Assembly (NCBI GenBank): GCA_964415615.1
Contig: CAYQAW010000004.1
Location: 21,543 to 85,542, forward strand
DNA length: 64,000 nt
Direction: 5' to 3'
Origin: an uncultured Gammaproteobacteria bacterium
Lineage (GTDB): Bacteria > Patescibacteriota > Microgenomatia > Daviesbacterales > UBA10151
Shown here in pieces: positions 36,364 to 43,503 of this stretch (its first letter is position 1; every line of letters starts with the position of its first letter). The translations under genes and the position numbers were made by a program. The notes beneath the pieces were generated by a model, which saw nothing but the letters and a program-made list of their open reading frames with translations, searched no databases and was not told the DNA's origin.

Positions 36364-39300
36364 AAAAAGCATACTCAATTACACTCCTTTTTCTGGTACT
36401 CTCGGCAATATTAATAATTTGCTGGTTTAGGTTTGGACTGATGTATGGTGGTGGTGATACTGGCCTACCGACATACAATCCGAAGGTCATGGCTGGTATT
36501 GCCAGTAATATTTGGTGGGATTCATTGGCACCTGGTATACCTGTAGCCCAGGGTTTAACTTCAGTCCCCATGCTTTTTCTTTTATCTATACCGCAAATTT
36601 TAGGGGCAGGTCCAGTTTTAATACAGGAATTGTTGTTTTTTAGCCTGCTTTTTTTAATGGGTTATGGCATGTATCTTTTGGCCTTAAGTATTTTTGGCAA
36701 ATCAAATTATTTGATGGCAATTGCTTCAGGAGTGTTTTATATGTTCAACCCTTATATGATGGTTCAAATTTGGCACCGGTTTATCCACAACTCAATGTTT
36801 TTTGTTTCATTTGTACCTTTTTTGGTCATGAGTTGGCTAAGGTGGATTAGAGAGCGTAAGCCTATATCATTGTTGGTTTTCCTGCTACTGAACTTTTTGG
36901 CTGTCTATATCTTTGGCACTATTGCTTTTATAGTTGGTTTTTGGCTATTCCTTTTTCTGCTGACTGTACTTGAGGGAGTAATACCATGGAAAGGGAAAAA
37001 GGCAATGATAGAGTTATCTTTGGCTTTTGTGATCGGACTAGTTTTTTGGCTTTTAACCAACAGCTGGTGGATTATTCCTACTTTCAATATCAGTCCAACT
37101 CTATTTGCTGAGCAGCATACAACCAATGATAGTTTGGCCACACTAATGGATCTTTCTGCACAAACAATCTTGCCATATACACTTCGTCTTATTAACCCTT
37201 TTTATTTATATTGGCATGCTGATTGGGGAGACATTTATCAAAATATCATTTTCTTATCAATTTCCTGGCTGTTTGTACTGGTAGTATTTATTGGTTTTTT
37301 AAAAGGTTTAAAACAGAGGCAATATGTCAAATGGAGTTTACTTTTTTTAATATTCATTATCTTAGGAAAAGGAGCAGCACCACCATTTGGTTTCCCCTAT
37401 ATTTGGGGTTTTTCCAACTTCTTTCCACTGGGGGTGATTAGGAATCCTTTTGAAAAACTGGGGATTTTACTGCCTTTAATTTATGCCATTCTTTTTGCTT
37501 ATGGCTTGAAGATCTTAATGTCTTATTTAAACAACCGTATTGGTAAAGGCAAGGCAAGCTTTATTTTGGTAGTTTTTATTATCTCAAATTTAGCTTTCTT
37601 GTGGCCTATGTTTGCTGGTAAGCTATTTGGTACTTTAGATAAACAAAACTTTGTGCAAGTACCACCAGATTATGGTTTGGCAGATAATTGGATTCGAAAA
37701 GATCTCGCTGGTACAAAAGAAGGTAGAATCTTGCACCTGCCACTCTCAAGGTCTGAAAGCATTACATATAATTGGCAGAATGGTTACAATGGAGTTGAGC
37801 CATCTGCTGCTTTATTTACCTCTCTTCCTTCTATAGCTAGGAATCTAGATATCCCCAAGGTTAGTGGTGCTATTTCTGCCCTATCTTTAATATTCCATAA
37901 ACCATATGCCAAAGACCCTGCAGTAATACTAAAGCTGTTACAGGATTTTAGTATCAAATATATTATCATACATAATGATGTAGATTGGTTAAAAAACGAA
38001 CTATCTAATCCTCGAGAGGTTGAAGAAGTTTTGGCAAAATTAGATTTCCTGGAAAAAGAAATTAGTTTTGGAAGCTTATCAATCTATAAAATAAAAGATC
38101 AATTTTTTCAGAGAGAAATAACTATTTCAGATAACTTGCAATTACTTTATAACACAGATGACAAAGTGTTTTGGCCTTGGATGGTAAGTACTCCATCAGC
38201 AGAGATGGTGAGTATATATAACGGCCAAGAGGGCAACATTTTAAATCAAGCCAATAAAATTATAGTTTTCCCAGATCGGCAAATATCAGTTAAGGATATA
38301 CAGGTGCCAAAGTTCAGGGGCAATTTAGATGACTTTGTTGCTGTTAGAGCTCTGCCAAATAACCCCTTATATTTTCTATTCCAAGCAAAAGAGTGGCTAA
38401 GCCTTATAGGTAAAAAACTTGATGAAGAGCAAAAAGATATTTTCGTTCTTGCTGAGAAAAGGTTGATTGAGATGTATAAGATTAAAAGAATGAGGGAAAT
38501 GGGAGCGATAAACCAAAAAGAAGGAAATGAAATTATTCTATCATTGATTAACAGATATCAAGACGTGTTAAACAAAATTTTCCAGTCTGAGGCTGGTTTT
38601 AATAACTTTTTGGTTGCAACTCCAAGATTTAGTACGACAGATACTTTCCTCAAGCACATTAGCCTGCTAAAGGAGCTGAGCGAGAGCACCACTGAACCAA
38701 GCGAAAAGAATATTGCTGAAGAAGCGATAGAGCTGATTAACAGAAACTTAATAAGGGCAAACTTCTTCCCTAAATACCCTCAGATATCTCAGCTAAGTGA
38801 AAATAAGTTAGATAAGAATTATGGCAGCGAGCTATATAGGTTCAACGTTCCTATAAAATCAAACTACGAAATCTTTATGACTAATCCCCAAGTTAGGAGC
38901 ATATATCCGAATGGTTTATCTCAAATTAATTTCCAAATAAACGACCATTACAAGAGTGTGCCGTTAAACGAGAAAAATGGAATGATTTATTTAGGGGAAG
39001 AGAAAATGAATGTAGATGAATATCAGACAGTGATGCCAAGATTGTCCTCTGTTAATTTGGCGCCCAGCATAAATGATTGGCAGACGTCAGGTGATGTGGT
39101 TGTTTCCGAGCAGGCAGGTACTATAGAGTTGTCGTCTGATAAGAAAAATTCTGCCTATATTGAAAGCGATATTAAACCTTTGTTTGGGCAGGATTTGTTT
39201 CTAGTTGCCTTTGATACAAAACTAGTATTAGGAAAAAGGATTAGGGTGCAGTTAACTCAGGATATAGATCCATTTGATAAACTCTTAAATAAAACAATAT

Positions 39301-39941
39301 ATCGTTATGATAATTATTTCACACCGGTCGATAAAGATGGATGGAATCAGTTTAGTGTAATGTTGGATTTACATTTTATCGCTCAAAAAGCCAAGCTAAA
39401 GATTCAGGTGGAACCTTGGGATGATTGTTTAGTGGTTTTAGCTGATAAGAAAAGTTGCGAAGATACGAAAAAAAGACAACAATATAATCGGCCTTCTAAA
39501 TTCTTGATCAAGAATATAAGTGTGGATAGAGTATTAAACAACGTCATCCTCCTTAGCAGTAATTTACCAGCAACTCCTTCTGCTGCTACTGCTGGCGATG
39601 TAGTACAGCGAAATAAACAAAATTCAAGTCTATATACGGGTAAAATAAGTATGAAACATCCAGGATTACTACTTTTTAAGCAATCGTTTAGCCCTGATTG
39701 GCAACTAAACCTTACCAAGGATAATAACATTTATCAGCCTACAGAGCATTTAATTGGGAACTTGTTCGCCAATGCTTGGTGGATAGATGAGGCAGGTGAC
39801 TATGATTTTACCTTAAGCTATCTTCCGCAAAAAAATATTCAGGCTGGTCTATTGTCTGCTGGACTGGGATGGGTTATATTAATCTTAATGTTAATGGTTA
39901 ATGAAAGGCATAAGTTGCGGAGGCTTGTAAAAATTAAGTGA
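36357..39941 (+). CDS. Giant polytopic membrane protein, putative GT-C glycosyltransferase (YfhO/AftD-like), paralogue 2
   Basis: 1194 aa. N-terminal membrane module with 'GGGDTGLPTYNPKV' and 'IRNPFEKLGILLPLIYAILFAYGL'. Residues ~10-566 are identical to 40289..43339. It has a unique ~630-aa C-terminal hydrophilic domain ending 'FSPDWQLNL...ANAWWIDEAGDYDFTLSYLPQ' plus a terminal TM. Confidence 0.6.
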   Translation: MVKKAYSITLLFLVLSAILIICWFRFGLMYGGGDTGLPTYNPKVMAGIASNIWWDSLAPGIPVAQGLTSVPMLFLLSIPQILGAGPVLIQELLFFSLLFLMGYGMYLLALSIFGKSNYLMAIASGVFYMFNPYMMVQIWHRFIHNSMFFVSFVPFLVMSWLRWIRERKPISLLVFLLLNFLAVYIFGTIAFIVGFWLFLFLLTVLEGVIPWKGKKAMIELSLAFVIGLVFWLLTNSWWIIPTFNISPTLFAEQHTTNDSLATLMDLSAQTILPYTLRLINPFYLYWHADWGDIYQNIIFLSISWLFVLVVFIGFLKGLKQRQYVKWSLLFLIFIILGKGAAPPFGFPYIWGFSNFFPLGVIRNPFEKLGILLPLIYAILFAYGLKILMSYLNNRIGKGKASFILVVFIISNLAFLWPMFAGKLFGTLDKQNFVQVPPDYGLADNWIRKDLAGTKEGRILHLPLSRSESITYNWQNGYNGVEPSAALFTSLPSIARNLDIPKVSGAISALSLIFHKPYAKDPAVILKLLQDFSIKYIIIHNDVDWLKNELSNPREVEEVLAKLDFLEKEISFGSLSIYKIKDQFFQREITISDNLQLLYNTDDKVFWPWMVSTPSAEMVSIYNGQEGNILNQANKIIVFPDRQISVKDIQVPKFRGNLDDFVAVRALPNNPLYFLFQAKEWLSLIGKKLDEEQKDIFVLAEKRLIEMYKIKRMREMGAINQKEGNEIILSLINRYQDVLNKIFQSEAGFNNFLVATPRFSTTDTFLKHISLLKELSESTTEPSEKNIAEEAIELINRNLIRANFFPKYPQISQLSENKLDKNYGSELYRFNVPIKSNYEIFMTNPQVRSIYPNGLSQINFQINDHYKSVPLNEKNGMIYLGEEKMNVDEYQTVMPRLSSVNLAPSINDWQTSGDVVVSEQAGTIELSSDKKNSAYIESDIKPLFGQDLFLVAFDTKLVLGKRIRVQLTQDIDPFDKLLNKTIYRYDNYFTPVDKDGWNQFSVMLDLHFIAQKAKLKIQVEPWDDCLVVLADKKSCEDTKKRQQYNRPSKFLIKNISVDRVLNNVILLSSNLPATPSAATAGDVVQRNKQNSSLYTGKISMKHPGLLLFKQSFSPDWQLNLTKDNNIYQPTEHLIGNLFANAWWIDEAGDYDFTLSYLPQKNIQAGLLSAGLGWVILILMLMVNERHKLRRLVKIK
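36384..38057 (+). repeat. 1674-bp direct repeat, copy A (identical to 40322..41995)
   Basis: Translations in three different frames and on both strands are identical between the copies, at a constant offset of 3938 bp (e.g. ORFs 36905..37141 and 40843..41079). Identity stops abruptly at 38058/41996. Confidence 0.8.
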
Positions 39942-40282
39942 AAAATAATATCTACTTATTATCCAGAATTACAATATTTTTTATTGTTTTACTGGGAGTA
40001 CTTTATATTTTGGAATATGGCTTTGTTTTTGATTCACCACATAAATTATTGAATGTCTTTCTGCTGGCTGGGCTTACTACAATAATATTTTTTAATTTAC
40101 GCCTCAGACGCTATGCTTTGATTCTTGCGATTGTTTGTTTGGCGATAATGGTTTTAACCTATATTCTATATATGCCCTACATGTTTTTACCGACTGGAGA
40201 TTTTGGTTTTAGTTTACTTATTATTACAATTGTTTCATATCTCCCTAAAATTATCAAAAAAGGTTATATCGAAAGATTTTAA
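39938..40282 (+). CDS. Small membrane protein (3 predicted TM), unknown
   Basis: 114-aa hydrophobic ORF between the two duplicated giant genes. Its start overlaps the upstream stop (ATGA-type). Confidence 0.4.
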   Translation: MKNNIYLLSRITIFFIVLLGVLYILEYGFVFDSPHKLLNVFLLAGLTTIIFFNLRLRRYALILAIVCLAIMVLTYILYMPYMFLPTGDFGFSLLIITIVSYLPKIIKKGYIERF

Positions 40283-40288
40283 TTTATA

Positions 40289-43200
40289 TTGATAATGAAA
40301 AAAACTACTATTGCCCCTTTGCTCCTTTTTCTGGTACTCTCGGCAATATTAATAATTTGCTGGTTTAGGTTTGGACTGATGTATGGTGGTGGTGATACTG
40401 GCCTACCGACATACAATCCGAAGGTCATGGCTGGTATTGCCAGTAATATTTGGTGGGATTCATTGGCACCTGGTATACCTGTAGCCCAGGGTTTAACTTC
40501 AGTCCCCATGCTTTTTCTTTTATCTATACCGCAAATTTTAGGGGCAGGTCCAGTTTTAATACAGGAATTGTTGTTTTTTAGCCTGCTTTTTTTAATGGGT
40601 TATGGCATGTATCTTTTGGCCTTAAGTATTTTTGGCAAATCAAATTATTTGATGGCAATTGCTTCAGGAGTGTTTTATATGTTCAACCCTTATATGATGG
40701 TTCAAATTTGGCACCGGTTTATCCACAACTCAATGTTTTTTGTTTCATTTGTACCTTTTTTGGTCATGAGTTGGCTAAGGTGGATTAGAGAGCGTAAGCC
40801 TATATCATTGTTGGTTTTCCTGCTACTGAACTTTTTGGCTGTCTATATCTTTGGCACTATTGCTTTTATAGTTGGTTTTTGGCTATTCCTTTTTCTGCTG
40901 ACTGTACTTGAGGGAGTAATACCATGGAAAGGGAAAAAGGCAATGATAGAGTTATCTTTGGCTTTTGTGATCGGACTAGTTTTTTGGCTTTTAACCAACA
41001 GCTGGTGGATTATTCCTACTTTCAATATCAGTCCAACTCTATTTGCTGAGCAGCATACAACCAATGATAGTTTGGCCACACTAATGGATCTTTCTGCACA
41101 AACAATCTTGCCATATACACTTCGTCTTATTAACCCTTTTTATTTATATTGGCATGCTGATTGGGGAGACATTTATCAAAATATCATTTTCTTATCAATT
41201 TCCTGGCTGTTTGTACTGGTAGTATTTATTGGTTTTTTAAAAGGTTTAAAACAGAGGCAATATGTCAAATGGAGTTTACTTTTTTTAATATTCATTATCT
41301 TAGGAAAAGGAGCAGCACCACCATTTGGTTTCCCCTATATTTGGGGTTTTTCCAACTTCTTTCCACTGGGGGTGATTAGGAATCCTTTTGAAAAACTGGG
41401 GATTTTACTGCCTTTAATTTATGCCATTCTTTTTGCTTATGGCTTGAAGATCTTAATGTCTTATTTAAACAACCGTATTGGTAAAGGCAAGGCAAGCTTT
41501 ATTTTGGTAGTTTTTATTATCTCAAATTTAGCTTTCTTGTGGCCTATGTTTGCTGGTAAGCTATTTGGTACTTTAGATAAACAAAACTTTGTGCAAGTAC
41601 CACCAGATTATGGTTTGGCAGATAATTGGATTCGAAAAGATCTCGCTGGTACAAAAGAAGGTAGAATCTTGCACCTGCCACTCTCAAGGTCTGAAAGCAT
41701 TACATATAATTGGCAGAATGGTTACAATGGAGTTGAGCCATCTGCTGCTTTATTTACCTCTCTTCCTTCTATAGCTAGGAATCTAGATATCCCCAAGGTT
41801 AGTGGTGCTATTTCTGCCCTATCTTTAATATTCCATAAACCATATGCCAAAGACCCTGCAGTAATACTAAAGCTGTTACAGGATTTTAGTATCAAATATA
41901 TTATCATACATAATGATGTAGATTGGTTAAAAAACGAACTATCTAATCCTCGAGAGGTTGAAGAAGTTTTGGCAAAATTAGATTTCCTGGAAAAAAAAGC
42001 CATCTTTGGTGATTTATCCCTATACAAGATAAAAGACAATTATTTTAAGCCTAAAATTACTATATCAGATAATATGGCATTATTGTCATTTCCTAAGTCT
42101 TCTCCAGAGGTGACATCATTTTGGCCTTGGGTTATTGTTGGGCCATCAGACTTAATTTCAATTGTTAGCTCAGAGGATAAGCAGTTTAGTATTAAAAGCC
42201 AAGAAAACTTACTTGTCCCTAGAGTAACCTTCAATAGCAGTGAAGCTTCTCCAAGTGGATTTAAGACTATTTTTGAAGTACAAAAAAAAGCTAAATATGA
42301 ACTACTAATGTCTGACGCCCAGACGAGTGACTTTTACTTAAACAACCTTTCTTCTTTAAAAGTCTCAGTAAATGGTCAAACAAATGTTTTTAATAGTAAT
42401 AAAACAGGAAGTATATTATCTTTCGGTCCAGTTGAGCTTAATCCAGGATTAAATGAGATTAATTATGGCCCGATATTATCAAAAGATTTGTTACCTGATT
42501 TTGATATATGGAATAAGATAGGAGATGTCAAAAGAATAGACCAATCTGTTTTCCAGATGAATTCTGGAGACAAAGGTTACGCTTATGTTGAAGGTAATTT
42601 AAAAGAGGGTGTGTATAGTGGAGGAGTATTAAGAGTATCTCTTGATATTTTAAATAGCTCTGAAGTATTGATGTTTATACAAATACTGCAAGATTCTGAT
42701 TTGGATGAGAAGAGTGACCATAACGGATTAAAAGGTGCTGGAGTCAGAGATATCCCAGCCATTCAATATTTCAAAGTAAATACAATGAATAATTGGCGGA
42801 GTATTAGCTTTGCTTTGCCAACTCTTCGGCAAACTACTCAAAAAGCAAGATTTCGGTTGATTATAATATCTCCTTACCAAGCTACTTTATTTCAAAGCTC
42901 AGGAGATGTATCTATTAAGAATTTTAAGGTCCAACGGCTGCTTAGTAACGCTTTGTTTCTACACAGCATAAACACTGATAATACGCCTCTTACTTCTGCT
43001 GGTGAGATGTTATTAGAGCATGAAAACAGTAGCTCTCAGTACACAGGAAAAATAAAATTAAGTAGGCCAGCCTGGTTGATATTTAAAGAGACATTTCATC
43101 CTGACTGGGAACTGAAGATTTCAGATAGCCAAGGTGAAGATATTCCAGAAAGTCATTATTTGGCTGGTTCGTTTGCGAACGCTTGGTATGTAGATAAAGC

Positions 43201-43339
43201 AGGTGAGTATAATTTTAAAATCAGCTTTAAACCACAAGACAATCTTAATATTGGATTATTTACATTAGGTTTTTCTATAATTGTGTTGCTGGGTTATATG
43301 TTTTGGACTGGAGTATATAATCTTAACAAAAAGAGATGA
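40289..43339 (+). CDS. Giant polytopic membrane protein, putative GT-C glycosyltransferase (YfhO/AftD-like), paralogue 3
   Basis: 1016 aa. The N-terminal ~557 aa are identical to 36357. It has a distinct C-terminal domain ending 'FHPDWELKI...ANAWYVDKAGEYNFKISFKPQ' plus a terminal TM. Confidence 0.6.
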   Translation: MIMKKTTIAPLLLFLVLSAILIICWFRFGLMYGGGDTGLPTYNPKVMAGIASNIWWDSLAPGIPVAQGLTSVPMLFLLSIPQILGAGPVLIQELLFFSLLFLMGYGMYLLALSIFGKSNYLMAIASGVFYMFNPYMMVQIWHRFIHNSMFFVSFVPFLVMSWLRWIRERKPISLLVFLLLNFLAVYIFGTIAFIVGFWLFLFLLTVLEGVIPWKGKKAMIELSLAFVIGLVFWLLTNSWWIIPTFNISPTLFAEQHTTNDSLATLMDLSAQTILPYTLRLINPFYLYWHADWGDIYQNIIFLSISWLFVLVVFIGFLKGLKQRQYVKWSLLFLIFIILGKGAAPPFGFPYIWGFSNFFPLGVIRNPFEKLGILLPLIYAILFAYGLKILMSYLNNRIGKGKASFILVVFIISNLAFLWPMFAGKLFGTLDKQNFVQVPPDYGLADNWIRKDLAGTKEGRILHLPLSRSESITYNWQNGYNGVEPSAALFTSLPSIARNLDIPKVSGAISALSLIFHKPYAKDPAVILKLLQDFSIKYIIIHNDVDWLKNELSNPREVEEVLAKLDFLEKKAIFGDLSLYKIKDNYFKPKITISDNMALLSFPKSSPEVTSFWPWVIVGPSDLISIVSSEDKQFSIKSQENLLVPRVTFNSSEASPSGFKTIFEVQKKAKYELLMSDAQTSDFYLNNLSSLKVSVNGQTNVFNSNKTGSILSFGPVELNPGLNEINYGPILSKDLLPDFDIWNKIGDVKRIDQSVFQMNSGDKGYAYVEGNLKEGVYSGGVLRVSLDILNSSEVLMFIQILQDSDLDEKSDHNGLKGAGVRDIPAIQYFKVNTMNNWRSISFALPTLRQTTQKARFRLIIISPYQATLFQSSGDVSIKNFKVQRLLSNALFLHSINTDNTPLTSAGEMLLEHENSSSQYTGKIKLSRPAWLIFKETFHPDWELKISDSQGEDIPESHYLAGSFANAWYVDKAGEYNFKISFKPQDNLNIGLFTLGFSIIVLLGYMFWTGVYNLNKKR
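40322..41995 (+). repeat. 1674-bp direct repeat, copy B
   Basis: See copy A. Confidence 0.8.
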
Positions 43340-43503
43340 TTATTCTTTTAGCGAGTGAAATTGGATTTATAATAAGCGGTTTAATGATTCTACTGGGTCA
43401 TACTGGTTTAGCAGATAAGAGTTTAATAGGAGTATTCTTTATTACTTTATTTGGTGTGATGGTTTATAGTTTTAAACTTTTTAAAAATGATCAAAAACAG
43501 TAA
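43336..43503 (+). CDS. Possible small membrane protein (55 aa), translationally coupled
   Basis: The ATG overlaps the TGA of 40289..43339 (ATGA). The hydrophobic sequence is 'MIILLASEIGFIISGLMILLGHTGLADKSLIGVFFITLFGVMVYSF...'. It is below the ORF-track length cutoff and weakly supported. Confidence 0.25.
   Translation: MIILLASEIGFIISGLMILLGHTGLADKSLIGVFFITLFGVMVYSFKLFKNDQKQ

Noticed and set aside
36905-37441. Identical small ORFs (78 aa and 72 aa) appearing twice (also 40843..41079, 41161..41379, 41589..41774)
   Set aside because: They lie inside the giant membrane-protein genes in other frames or on the other strand. Their duplication is a by-product of the 1674-bp repeat, not independent genes.
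36384-41995. Could the 1.67-kb repeat be a CRISPR array or an insertion sequence?
   Set aside because: There are only two copies, 3.9 kb apart, both in-frame within protein-coding genes. There are no short spacer/repeat periodicities, no terminal inverted repeats, and no transposase or integrase ORF. A segmental duplication or gene conversion explains it.
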